In this document: positions 10,342-22,621 of the stretch, piece after piece
How the letters are laid out: each line of letters starts with the position of its first letter
How positions within the stretch are numbered: position 1 is the first letter of the stretch
From: an uncultured archaeon
GTDB lineage: Archaea; Asgardarchaeota; Lokiarchaeia; Sigyniarchaeales; SOKP01
Direction of reading: 5' to 3'
Assembly: GCA_964632315.1 (NCBI GenBank)
Contig: CAZWEM010000004.1
Location: 1 to 64,000 of the forward strand
DNA: 64,000 nt
Translations under genes and position numbers: made by a program
Notes under the pieces: generated by a model
The model's database searches: none
What the model saw: the letters and a program-made list of their open reading frames with translations, nothing else
What the model was told of the DNA's origin: nothing

Positions 10342-11292
10342 TCAATACTTTTTAGAAAGATTTGATAATTGATTATTTAAATTCGATGCCATTTCATCCC
10401 ATTTAGATAATATGGTTTTTACATGAGAAGTAATTAAATCTTTTTCTTTATACTCTAAGTATTTCGTGAATTCTTTGATACTTTCAATCTTGATAAAAGT
10501 TTCAGCCACAAATTTTCTAATCTCTTGAGTTTGATTTTGGAGCACTTCCTGTGTTCTATTTGTCTCACCCCTACGGATAAGGGTTCTTAAATATTCTTCT
10601 GTACCGATAAAAAGAGAATTTAATTCGTTAATCCTTTCTTGAATATATTCCTCATAAGTTTCAAGCAAGTTATCACTAGGAAAAAAATTAGTGATATCTA
10701 TTACTAATTTCTGGGTTTGAGCGATCATTTGTTCCAATGATTCAAAGCCATCTATTTTATAATCTGCTTCATGATATGATGCAACTGTTCCTTTTGAGGG
10801 GTCATCTAATCTAAAAATTTTAAATCCTGGATCATTGGTTAATTGTTTAACTGGATCTCCCTTTCTTTCGGGCTTCTCTATTTGACGAACCAAACGTTCT
10901 GGATTGAAAACCAAGGAAATAGCTAATGGATTATTTTGCTGATAAGAAAGTGTCGTACGTATATCTATCTGGCTCATCATAACTTTAAAATCTGGGTGGG
11001 AATGCCACCACCCAACAATAAATTCATTTTTTTCATATGCTTTCAGTTCAATTTCTTCAGAAGCGGCATAATCTTCTTCCGACCAAAACACTTTATCTAT
11101 AACGTCTTCCTTTCTTTTTACTTGGTGAGTAATCGGAATTGCTGATGATATAATAACATCATCCCCAGAATTTTTACCAATGAAAATCCCATATACTTCT
11201 AACCAATCATCTTTTGGAACTTTTTTATTAGCAAACCTAACACTTGCGGCAACTATTGTATGATAGACTTCCTTTGGAATAACAACAGTCAT
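10342..11292 (-). CDS. MPN+/JAMM metalloprotease (Rpn11-like) with helical C-terminal tail
   Basis: EVYGIFIG; GWWHSHP-x5-SQID intact JAMM motif; start re-assigned to MTVVI by comparison with the paralogs. Confidence 0.85.
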   Translation of the reverse strand: MTVVIPKEVYHTIVAASVRFANKKVPKDDWLEVYGIFIGKNSGDDVIISSAIPITHQVKRKEDVIDKVFWSEEDYAASEEIELKAYEKNEFIVGWWHSHPDFKVMMSQIDIRTTLSYQQNNPLAISLVFNPERLVRQIEKPERKGDPVKQLTNDPGFKIFRLDDPSKGTVASYHEADYKIDGFESLEQMIAQTQKLVIDITNFFPSDNLLETYEEYIQERINELNSLFIGTEEYLRTLIRRGETNRTQEVLQNQTQEIRKFVAETFIKIESIKEFTKYLEYKEKDLITSHVKTILSKWDEMASNLNNQLSNLSKKY

Positions 11293-11451
11293 AATTGAAT
11301 CTAAATGTAATATATTTCTTGATCTGCTTATATTAGTGCTAATATTTATGTCTATTTTTTCTAGAGCACATTTAAATTCAAAATTTAACATAATTATAAT
11401 ATTAAAGTCATGGGAATAATCCCTATATAATATTTTTAGAAATGAATAATT

Positions 11452-12099
11452 ATGTCAGAGAAAGGGTTTGAGCCATTATCCTCTCAGTTAGGAATCGCAG
11501 GTACGTCTTATCGAATCCAATTAGGATTGATTAATGATAAATGGGCATCTAGATTGTTAAAAGGTAACACTGTCATTGATTCATATATCTATAAAGATGA
11601 GGATGTCGAAAGTGGGTTTCCTAACCAGAATCTCATTGTTGGTTGGGTGATCCGAACAGTAGCAATCCCTAACATAAACCCTCATCAAATAATGAAAACT
11701 ACACAAGCTTTGGTCAAGCAGGCAATAGAAAAGAAAGAACAGAAGAAAGTCATGGCACCCATCTCCGAGACACGAGCAATAGAGCTAGAAAAAGTTCCAG
11801 ATAGCGAATTAAAAAGACCAAAAGCTACAGGATGGGTCAAAGAAGAGGGAATGAAATCTGTTCAAGAGATTGAAGATGAGAAAAGAAAAGCATTTCAAGA
11901 AAGATTAACGGCCAAAAAGGAAGAAGAACGGATAAAAATGCAGAACTCAACGAGTACTACAACAGTACATACTACTAGACAATTACATTCCATTCCGAAA
12001 GGAGATTCTAAAGAACAATCATCTAAATTTTGTCCCAATTGCGGAAAAGATTTAGATTTTAAATTCTGTCCCTATTGTGGCAAACCCTTACCACATTAG
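11452..12099 (+). CDS. Hypothetical protein with C-terminal double zinc ribbon
   Basis: FCPNCG...FCPYCG at the C-terminus. Confidence 0.75.
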   Translation: MSEKGFEPLSSQLGIAGTSYRIQLGLINDKWASRLLKGNTVIDSYIYKDEDVESGFPNQNLIVGWVIRTVAIPNINPHQIMKTTQALVKQAIEKKEQKKVMAPISETRAIELEKVPDSELKRPKATGWVKEEGMKSVQEIEDEKRKAFQERLTAKKEEERIKMQNSTSTTTVHTTRQLHSIPKGDSKEQSSKFCPNCGKDLDFKFCPYCGKPLPH

Positions 12100-12168
12100 C
12101 TTTAATTTAAATTTATTATTGATGGGTTATATTTCGTCTCTTATTATGAAGATGAAATAAAAGAGTGA

Positions 12169-12594
12169 TTATTTCTTACATTCACTACATTCATAATATA
12201 TGTCAATTCTTTGCCCTTTGGGTTCAGTTTTCAATTGAGATATGACTTGTTTCCATATATCATCGAGATTTTCTGGTTTAAAGTCACGAATTTGCTGGCA
12301 ATTAATGCAAATCATATTAATATGGGCCTCAGTGTTTGGGTCATATCTACTACTCCATTCAACAAATCCAAGTTCTTGAATTAATCCTAATTCTCTTAAT
12401 ATGTGCAATGTTTTATAAATTGTACCCAAGCTTATACTTGGATGGTCCTTTTTTATTTCTTGGTGAATTGTATCTGCCGTGGGATGATCTTTTCGAGAAA
12501 AAATAAATTTGCATATTGCTAAACGTTGAGTAGTTACTTTATATCCCTTATTCTTGAATATTGTTATTAATTCTTGAGTGTCCAGATCCTTCAT
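12169..12594 (-). CDS. Fur/PerR family transcriptional repressor
   Basis: T.QRLAI, HPTAD.I, SLGTIYKTL, H.NMICINC and C..C motifs; divergent from katG. Confidence 0.9.
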   Translation of the reverse strand: MKDLDTQELITIFKNKGYKVTTQRLAICKFIFSRKDHPTADTIHQEIKKDHPSISLGTIYKTLHILRELGLIQELGFVEWSSRYDPNTEAHINMICINCQQIRDFKPENLDDIWKQVISQLKTEPKGQRIDIYYECSECKK

Positions 12595-12645
12595 TTTATT
12601 ATAATTCTAAATATTAAAATACTTTTAAAATAAAATATAAGATAT

Positions 12646-12695
12646 TAATAATGATTATTGATTGATAATGATTATTACATAAGAATGATTCTTAT
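12646..12695. promoter_or_regulatory. Three tandem Fur/Per-type palindromic boxes
   Basis: AATAAT-G-ATTATT, GATAAT-G-ATTATT and ATAAGAAT-G-ATTCTTAT centred at 12653, 12670 and 12687. Confidence 0.7.
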
Positions 12696-12769
12696 ATAAT
12701 AAAATATATCCTATTTTTATAAATACTATACTCACTTGTATAGGAAATGAAAAATAGAAATATGTTTAA

Positions 12770-15040
<2,271 letters not shown>

Positions 15041-15172
15041 TCCTACTCAAACTTTATTTTAATATCATTTTTTTTTAATTTTTATCATGATTTATATCGC
15101 ACTACATTAGGTTTGATCCTTTTATTATTCATAAGACATAATTTATTAGATTAATTTAGTAATGATTTAATT

Positions 15173-16918
15173 ATGGATGATCAAAACCTAAATGAACCAA
15201 TCCTAGCAGGACATGGAATTGTTAGGTTCCTAAAATCGCACGGTGTCACTCATATATTTGGAATACCAGATGGGCATACTTTGGCTTTTTACGATGGAAT
15301 TAGAGCTACAGATGGAATCAAGCATGTCTTATTTAATGATGAGAGATCTGCTGCATTTGCCGCGGATGCATTCGCGCGAGTGACAGGAAATTTATGCGTG
15401 TGTGATGCAGGTGCTGCAGGGGCTATGAATTTTCCTGTTGCATTAACAGAAGCTAAAGGATCAGCATCACCAGTATTAGCCATAATAGGTGTTGTAAAAT
15501 CTACAGATGTTCTAAAAAATATTCCTCATGATATTAACGTTTCACGAGTACTAGAAGCAGTTACTAAATGGACAGGAACGGTACTCAACCCAGAATATTT
15601 ACCCCGATTTTTAAAATACGCTGTTAAACAATCGATTAATGGAAGACCTGGACCTACAGCATTAGTTATTGCTGAAGATATAATGAATTCTAAAGAAATT
15701 AAATTAAAAGAATTTATTGAAAGAATAAATAGAAGTTGTTCCATAAATAGTTGTCGAGTTGCACCAATACCAAGCGAAATTGATCAAGCAGTCTCCCTAA
15801 TTGAGAATTCAAAGCAACCTGCAATTTATAGTGGTTCTGGTGCTTTAATATCAGGGGCATATGAGGAGATTCGAGCGCTAAGTAACTTACTGCAAGCACC
15901 AGTTTTTTCCACAATTTCAGGAAAAGGTATAATGACTTCTGGATATTCTAACAACAACCTCTATTTTGGTACTGTAGGATTGTTTGGTGAAAAACCTAAT
16001 CATAAGTTCATTAGAACAAAATCAGATCTATTAATTGTCATTGGAAATCGATTAACCGAAGATGATACTGCTAATTTTAAAGTTCCTACAAGTAGGATGG
16101 ATATAATTCAAATTGACATCGACCCCGCTGAAATCGGATTGTCATATAATCCATGGGGTATTGTTGGAGATCCAAAAGAAACCTTGAAAAAATTGATTGA
16201 CCAATTACAGGCAAATAAACCCTTTAGTTTAGAAAGCAATGGAGAGATAATGAAAAATCGCAAGAAAAATATAGAAATTCTCATAAGAGACCATAAAAAT
16301 TATAGAGAATCTGATAATAATACTTGGATGAATTCAGATCCAATAAAGCCACAAAGAATTCTAAAAAGCATAGCAGAAAACATGGATTCTGGCGACTATT
16401 TAGTTACAGATGCGAGTACAAGTTCAAGATGGATTGGTCCATATTTTCCCGTAAAGGAGCTTGGTCGTCACATAATTACTCCACGTGGAGTTGGACCTAC
16501 TGGATTTGGAGTTGGTGCATTAATCGGTACCATAATTGGATCAAAATACTGTCATCCAAATAAAAAATCAAAAGTAATTTTATTTACTGGAGATGGCGGA
16601 TTGATGAATGGTGGTTTAAGTGAATTTGAAACAATCAGGAAATTAGATTTAGACTGCTTGATTGTTGTAATAAACAATAATTCCCTCGGATTCGTGAAAT
16701 TTGGTCAAGCGATGTTACTTAAACATAGATATTTTGAGACTGATCGCCCAGTAACTAATTTTGCTAAAATATGTGAGGTTTTTGGAGGTACAGGCTACCA
16801 TATTGACAAATTAAGTCAATTAGATTCAACTATTAAAGATGCGACTAAAGGTGAGGGTTTTAGATTGGTCGATATACAGATCGATCCAATGGAAATTCTT
16901 CCACCCAATTTCTATTAA
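15173..16918 (+). CDS. Thiamine-diphosphate-dependent enzyme, acetolactate synthase-like
   Basis: GVTHIFGIP, DERSAAFAADAFAR, GDGG...INNN ThDP motif. Confidence 0.85.
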   Translation: MDDQNLNEPILAGHGIVRFLKSHGVTHIFGIPDGHTLAFYDGIRATDGIKHVLFNDERSAAFAADAFARVTGNLCVCDAGAAGAMNFPVALTEAKGSASPVLAIIGVVKSTDVLKNIPHDINVSRVLEAVTKWTGTVLNPEYLPRFLKYAVKQSINGRPGPTALVIAEDIMNSKEIKLKEFIERINRSCSINSCRVAPIPSEIDQAVSLIENSKQPAIYSGSGALISGAYEEIRALSNLLQAPVFSTISGKGIMTSGYSNNNLYFGTVGLFGEKPNHKFIRTKSDLLIVIGNRLTEDDTANFKVPTSRMDIIQIDIDPAEIGLSYNPWGIVGDPKETLKKLIDQLQANKPFSLESNGEIMKNRKKNIEILIRDHKNYRESDNNTWMNSDPIKPQRILKSIAENMDSGDYLVTDASTSSRWIGPYFPVKELGRHIITPRGVGPTGFGVGALIGTIIGSKYCHPNKKSKVILFTGDGGLMNGGLSEFETIRKLDLDCLIVVINNNSLGFVKFGQAMLLKHRYFETDRPVTNFAKICEVFGGTGYHIDKLSQLDSTIKDATKGEGFRLVDIQIDPMEILPPNFY

Positions 16919-17028
16919 ATAAACCTTTAACAAGTTTCCATCATAAATATATTTACAAAATTTATTTTTGTTAAATTATATATTTTCAAAAATTAACTAT
17001 CAATATACTGAATATTTGGTGAAAAAAC

Positions 17029-18516
17029 ATGCCAAAAAATGAAGACATTCCAGTAGTCATCGAACCGACCGCTTATTATAAAATGCTTTTACATGTTCTC
17101 CGATTTGGTTCAAACGTAAAGGATCCTAACCAATGTAAGGAAGTAATGGGTGGATTAATAGGACATATTAAAAAGAAAGAAGGAAATGAAGTATTGATAA
17201 TCGAGGATGCTATTCCTGTTTCACATGGAGGGGCAATCGAAGTAAGATATTCTCCTGAGCAACTAGGCGATTTTGCTGAGATTGATAGTCGCGTTTTCGA
17301 GGAACACGGAGAAGAAGGATGGTTTAGTTGTGGTTGGTATCACTCTCACCCTGGATTATCTCCTTTTTTCTCAGGAACCGACATCATGAATCAATTATTT
17401 TGGCAAGCTAAAAATCCTGCAGGAGTGGGACTAGTTTTTGATCATAAATATCTAGATAAACCAGGAGATCTTGGTTTTAAAGCATTCAGATTGGATGATC
17501 CTTCAAAAAGTAGAAATACTGGTTATCATGAAGTGCCTGTAACCGTAGAACCTCCAGATGATATATCATACTATCATAATATTATTGAACTAATTGATGG
17601 AGTATATACAAAGCAAATTCCAATCATGGAACTTAATGAAACAACTAACTTCTTCGAAGATGTCTTTATTCCAGAAAAAGATTCTTTAATGATAAAAAAA
17701 CCAGAATTAGATCTTAATCATTTGATAAACTCATTAAAAACTGGAATGGGGAATTTCTTAGAACTGTCATTAACTCCGCTTTTTATTTTGCTAAATTCTT
17801 GGAGTCAAGAAATACTGAAAAAAACTTTTTTTAATAATACCCAAATGCGTCAAGATTTAGAAGACTTGAAATTGAATTTATCAAGTGGTATGATTGATAT
17901 TCAAAAAACCTTTAACTATTCCTTACACGATGAATTAGAAAAACTTGATATTTTTATTGATGACAAACTAGATATCTTGGAAGAGAAACAAGAAAATTTA
18001 ACTGAGTTCATGAAAGAGTTTAAAGAAAAATTAATAACTTTGACTCAAAATACTCTTGAAGAATTTAAAACTCCAATATTCACAGAAATTTTAAAGCAAA
18101 TCGAGAATTCGACTGCCAATCTTGATAGTATTAATAGAAAGAATGTAGAAATATTTAAAGACCTTGAAAAAAACACCATTGCATTACAAGAAGCGTCCAA
18201 AATATTAGAACCTTCTAAGATTCGAATAATTGGAAGTTTGGAGGAACGTTGTGAAAAAATATCTGAAAATACTAAAAAGAAACTAAAAAATACTGAAAAG
18301 AATTTTGATAATCTTGAAAAAGAATCTAAAAAACTCCTTGACGATTTAAAAGCCGCAATTTTGGTTTTGGAAGGTTCAAAAGAGCCAATACTAAATAAAA
18401 TCGAACGATTAGAAGATGATAAAAAGAATTTATTAGAAAAAATCAAAGAATTAAAACTAACAAATGACAAATTATTAGAAAAGGTTAAAACAATAGAAGG
18501 AGGAGGAGAAAAATGA
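17029..18516 (+). CDS. MPN+/JAMM isopeptidase-like protein with long C-terminal coiled coil
   Basis: KMLLHV, EVMGGLIG, GWYHSHPGLSPFFSGTD; heptad-rich C-terminal half; GGTGA RBS 6 nt before ATG. Confidence 0.88.
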   Translation: MPKNEDIPVVIEPTAYYKMLLHVLRFGSNVKDPNQCKEVMGGLIGHIKKKEGNEVLIIEDAIPVSHGGAIEVRYSPEQLGDFAEIDSRVFEEHGEEGWFSCGWYHSHPGLSPFFSGTDIMNQLFWQAKNPAGVGLVFDHKYLDKPGDLGFKAFRLDDPSKSRNTGYHEVPVTVEPPDDISYYHNIIELIDGVYTKQIPIMELNETTNFFEDVFIPEKDSLMIKKPELDLNHLINSLKTGMGNFLELSLTPLFILLNSWSQEILKKTFFNNTQMRQDLEDLKLNLSSGMIDIQKTFNYSLHDELEKLDIFIDDKLDILEEKQENLTEFMKEFKEKLITLTQNTLEEFKTPIFTEILKQIENSTANLDSINRKNVEIFKDLEKNTIALQEASKILEPSKIRIIGSLEERCEKISENTKKKLKNTEKNFDNLEKESKKLLDDLKAAILVLEGSKEPILNKIERLEDDKKNLLEKIKELKLTNDKLLEKVKTIEGGGEK

Positions 18517-19853
18517 TGGATAAAGTTGAAATCCAACCTCAAGCATTTAAAAAAATCATTTTTCACAGTTTACGATTTGCAAATAGTAATCTGGAGGAAA
18601 AACAAGAGGTATTAGGAATTTGTATAGGTAATGTCTCTGAAATTGAAAATATTATTTCTGTGATAGACACAATTCCAGTTATTCATGGGGATCAGATTGA
18701 GATCGGACTTTCTAAAGAACTTCATGAACTATTTGAGCAAATCAAAAAAGATCTTAATTCTGAAGAAGACAAAATTATTGGATGGTATCTCTCACATCCG
18801 GGTTATGATCTTGAATTAACTGATTCTGATAAAACAATCCAATTATATTTTCAAAATGAAACTAATCCCAATGCTATTGCGATGGTATTTGATCCATTAA
18901 AATTTCAGAAATCTGATAATTTTGGATTGAAATGTATTAGATTGAAGGATTACAACCAGCCTAAAACATCTATAGAGCTTGAAACCTTTATCAAAATTCC
19001 GAATACATTAGATTTTTTCAAATGGGTTAAAAGCTTGATAGAAGATTCTCAAAGAAAGATACCTCAAATCATTAATGAATACAAAGAAGTTAAAAAACCT
19101 GATCTTGAAGAATTACAAGAAATACCTAAACCCGAAGAATTAAAAAAGGAAATCTCAGAATTCGATAAAAATGTTGAAGCATTGTCGAATGGAATGGAAC
19201 AAGGATTAGATGCTTTTTCTGAAGATTTTTTAAAGATATACAAGGATCAGATCGAAAATTGGACTAACGATATAAAAAATGGATCCTTGAAAGGAACAGA
19301 ATACATACGCAGTTCGTTAAACCAATTGAATAGGACGATTAATAAAGGATTGGAGGGTTTACGAGGGTATTTTAAAGCAAAATTCAATGAAATTTCGAAA
19401 GTTTTTGTAAAAGGAATTACTGAGTCTTTAGAGAGCAGAATTAATTCCCAGAAAAAAATTGAAACGGATATAATGGTAATTACCGAGGAAATATCAAATT
19501 TCATCGAAAAAGCAATAAGTAAAAGCTTTAATGATATCAATTCAGAGTTGAATTTAGATATTTCTAAATTAGAAAATCAGTTAATTACTAATGAGAAACA
19601 GATCAAAAGAATAGAAGAGTTAATACAAAATAACTCAACTAAAGTATCACAACTTCGTTCTTTGATTGACAATTTTTCTGAAGACATGATCGAAAAAGGA
19701 GATAAATCCTGCGATCCTTTTGAGCAGAACTTGGTTAAACTCATTCAAGATCAAAATATAAATTTTACATCTATTAATGAAAAATACAAAGAAATCGAAC
19801 AATTAACCGAAAGATTGCAGAAATTAATTTCTGAAATAAGACAGATTAAATAA
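18513..19853 (+). CDS. MPN- (catalytically degenerate) JAB domain protein with long coiled coil
   Basis: EVLGICIG; GWYLSHPGYDLELTDSD (first Zn-ligand His replaced by Leu); ATGA overlap with the previous gene. Confidence 0.85.
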   Translation: MMDKVEIQPQAFKKIIFHSLRFANSNLEEKQEVLGICIGNVSEIENIISVIDTIPVIHGDQIEIGLSKELHELFEQIKKDLNSEEDKIIGWYLSHPGYDLELTDSDKTIQLYFQNETNPNAIAMVFDPLKFQKSDNFGLKCIRLKDYNQPKTSIELETFIKIPNTLDFFKWVKSLIEDSQRKIPQIINEYKEVKKPDLEELQEIPKPEELKKEISEFDKNVEALSNGMEQGLDAFSEDFLKIYKDQIENWTNDIKNGSLKGTEYIRSSLNQLNRTINKGLEGLRGYFKAKFNEISKVFVKGITESLESRINSQKKIETDIMVITEEISNFIEKAISKSFNDINSELNLDISKLENQLITNEKQIKRIEELIQNNSTKVSQLRSLIDNFSEDMIEKGDKSCDPFEQNLVKLIQDQNINFTSINEKYKEIEQLTERLQKLISEIRQIK

Positions 19854-19863
19854 ATCTTAAAAA

Positions 19864-20145
19864 TTATGCATGAAACTCCAAAGTAGCTAACTTGCTTATA
19901 TGAAGTTTATACTTAGGGATATTCGTTCCCAATCTTTTTAATTTATTATGAGTTGCTAATTTACTAAGAATCCTACCAATTCGGTCTGCTCTTATATCAA
20001 CTCCATAATTTTCTTTTAAAACAGAATTTATTTTATATGAAGATAAAATTACAACACTGGAAATGTTTTTTTCACATAGCATTTCAATTGCTTGTTTGAT
20101 AAGTCTCAGTAGATTCTCTTTATCAGTTTGATTTTCCATATTCAA
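19864..20145 (-). CDS. Small basic hypothetical protein, possibly winged-helix
   Basis: 93-aa ORF; RIGRILSKLA helix followed by a short beta-hairpin-like segment. Confidence 0.55.
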   Translation of the reverse strand: MNMENQTDKENLLRLIKQAIEMLCEKNISSVVILSSYKINSVLKENYGVDIRADRIGRILSKLATHNKLKRLGTNIPKYKLHISKLATLEFHA

Positions 20146-20282
20146 TATATGTTATCTTTTAATATTTTTAAAATTTTCAACTCTTATTTTTAAATTCAAT
20201 TGTGAGAGAAGGAATTTATATAAGAAAATATGCATTAGTATAATGATATATTGGGTAATATGATTATTAGAGAACTTCTACT

Positions 20283-22574
20283 ATGAAAACTAAACATACC
20301 AAATCGAAATTTAAGAAATCTTTAAATCAAGCATTTAAGAAAATAATTTATAAGGAAATTATAGTTGATGGTCAAGAACCACCGAAATCTTATGCATATG
20401 AAAAAAAGTTTTATGGGATCTATTCAATATTTCTCTTCTATTCTTTTTTAATGTTATTTGCAATAAATTATCCCAATAATTTAGGAGTAAGTATTTTAAC
20501 TCTAGGTAATCCCTTTGCTTTTGGAAATGCTATTATTGGTTTATTTCTTTCACTTTCTTTTCTTTATAGTAGCGACAAATTTCGAACCTTTATTTTTGAA
20601 AAGTATTCTGTCATTAAGCAGATCTTTCTTTATGCAGGAATAGTTTTAAGTTTATACTTTTTTTTCGTAGGGGTTTATGATTCAGGTTTGAATCTCATGA
20701 GTTATTTATTAGCATTATCAATGTTTTGGTTAGTATTATTAAGTACGAGATTTTACATGTATTCTCGAAAATTTGCCACGAAAATTGAATCACGGGCGAT
20801 TGTTAAATATTCCTTAATTCGGAATTTTGGAGCATTTATAACTCCTTATTTTATTTTAGCTGTATTGATAACTTTAGCTCTCTTTTACAGAAGCTTGTTA
20901 GTCTTTTTATCACTCGATTTCTTCGGACCGTTCGCTCCAAATGAAGCCGTACAAGTATATCAAATTGAAATGCGACTAGTAATGCCCCTCATATACTTTA
21001 GTTTAATTTTAACTCTTATTTTCATTCTTTTTGAATTTGTGTTCACTCGTAGAAAGGCTGAAACAAGAAGGGCAGGTCTTTATGATAATTATACATTCTC
21101 ACTTATTGTACTATTTATTTTCTTTTTTCAAATACTCCAAGTGAGTATCTATTTAATATTACATCCAGACACAATAAATGCTTTAAAAGCGACCGTTGGA
21201 GCAACTAGTGCCACAATTACCTACATATTTGTGTTTGAATTTGTAATTTCAATGTTTTTCTTATATAGAATAGTTAAAAAACTAGGGCGAAGCTTGGGAT
21301 GGCGATTATTCATATTTAAGAAGGATGGATTGATCTTATTAATTCTTGGATTTGTTTTCGCTCAAACATTATCTCGATTTGCTCTTCAAACACAAGTGCC
21401 TAATCAAGAAATCACGGTCTTGGGCCAGTTTCTTATGGCTGATAAATATATTGTTTCTATAATCATGATTATATTTTTGGGGATAACACTTCTAATATAT
21501 TACTTAAAACCACACGAAACTTCAATGTTTATTAGATTACAAAAGGAAACCGTTTCAGAAGAAGAAAAGGATCTAGATATAGTATACAAATTAATCAGGA
21601 GTGAATACATAAGAAGAGGAGAAGCATACCCTGTTGAAATACTTGAAAGAGAGCTTATTAAAGCCACACATCTCTCAAAGCAAAAGGTTAATTCTCTAAT
21701 TGGAAATCTCGCTTACCGAGACATTGACATTAAGATATTTAACAAAAAAGATGATACGGGGCACGTAAGGAAATATGTAGATTTTGTTTCTGTAACCGAA
21801 AAATTTGATAGAAAAGGGGTTGCTAAAAAGAAAGCAAAAAAGTACTTAAGTGAAAGGTTAGTGGATACCATGCGTAAGAGGGGTAAAACACTTAAACTAA
21901 GTACTTCAACTAATAATGAGAAGGCTTCCGATCAATTTCTAAACTCCTTATCTACGAACTATTCTAAAAAGGTACAAGAAGAGGCAGGACAGAAAGGAAC
22001 TACAATATTTTTTAAAATGAATCAAATTCCAGCAACTTTGCAAGAAAGTATATTGGATCTTCTAAAAAAGGAGTTTATATATCGAATTGAAAATGAAGAC
22101 AAATATCCTGATATCCATTTTCCTATATCTGAAATTGCATCTCAAATACAATTAGAAACGAGAATTAATCCTGGTGAATTATACCCTATTTTAGAGAATT
22201 TAAGTAGACACGATATTGAGTTTGAACTTATTGCAAATCCGGATGAACCAGAAGATAAGTTAATAAGTTTCTTTCCGATTGCTGATGAAGATATGTTATA
22301 TAGTTTGATGAGCTTTAGAAATGAAGAATTCTTAAAGATTAGAACTCGAATAATAAAACAATTTTTTAAATTTTTTAATCGAAAAAGAGTAATGGCTACT
22401 TTTGGTAAATTAAAAAACAAAATACCTAATAACTCTGAGGAACAGAAAGCTTGGAGGGAGCTGTTGACACGATTGAATGACAATTTTAAAGATTTCTCAT
22501 TAATTCAAGAAAAACTTATTAGTGGAGCCAATATAAAAACTGTTTTAAGAAAATTTCCTGTTAAAAACATTTAA
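20283..22574 (+). CDS. Polytopic membrane protein with large soluble C-terminal region
   Basis: About 10-11 hydrophobic segments in aa 45-405; charged C-terminal ~350 aa. Confidence 0.75.
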   Translation: MKTKHTKSKFKKSLNQAFKKIIYKEIIVDGQEPPKSYAYEKKFYGIYSIFLFYSFLMLFAINYPNNLGVSILTLGNPFAFGNAIIGLFLSLSFLYSSDKFRTFIFEKYSVIKQIFLYAGIVLSLYFFFVGVYDSGLNLMSYLLALSMFWLVLLSTRFYMYSRKFATKIESRAIVKYSLIRNFGAFITPYFILAVLITLALFYRSLLVFLSLDFFGPFAPNEAVQVYQIEMRLVMPLIYFSLILTLIFILFEFVFTRRKAETRRAGLYDNYTFSLIVLFIFFFQILQVSIYLILHPDTINALKATVGATSATITYIFVFEFVISMFFLYRIVKKLGRSLGWRLFIFKKDGLILLILGFVFAQTLSRFALQTQVPNQEITVLGQFLMADKYIVSIIMIIFLGITLLIYYLKPHETSMFIRLQKETVSEEEKDLDIVYKLIRSEYIRRGEAYPVEILERELIKATHLSKQKVNSLIGNLAYRDIDIKIFNKKDDTGHVRKYVDFVSVTEKFDRKGVAKKKAKKYLSERLVDTMRKRGKTLKLSTSTNNEKASDQFLNSLSTNYSKKVQEEAGQKGTTIFFKMNQIPATLQESILDLLKKEFIYRIENEDKYPDIHFPISEIASQIQLETRINPGELYPILENLSRHDIEFELIANPDEPEDKLISFFPIADEDMLYSLMSFRNEEFLKIRTRIIKQFFKFFNRKRVMATFGKLKNKIPNNSEEQKAWRELLTRLNDNFKDFSLIQEKLISGANIKTVLRKFPVKNI

Positions 22575-22621
22575 AACTTTAATATACATATAGGACGTTT
22601 CATTTCTTTTTCTTATTTATA

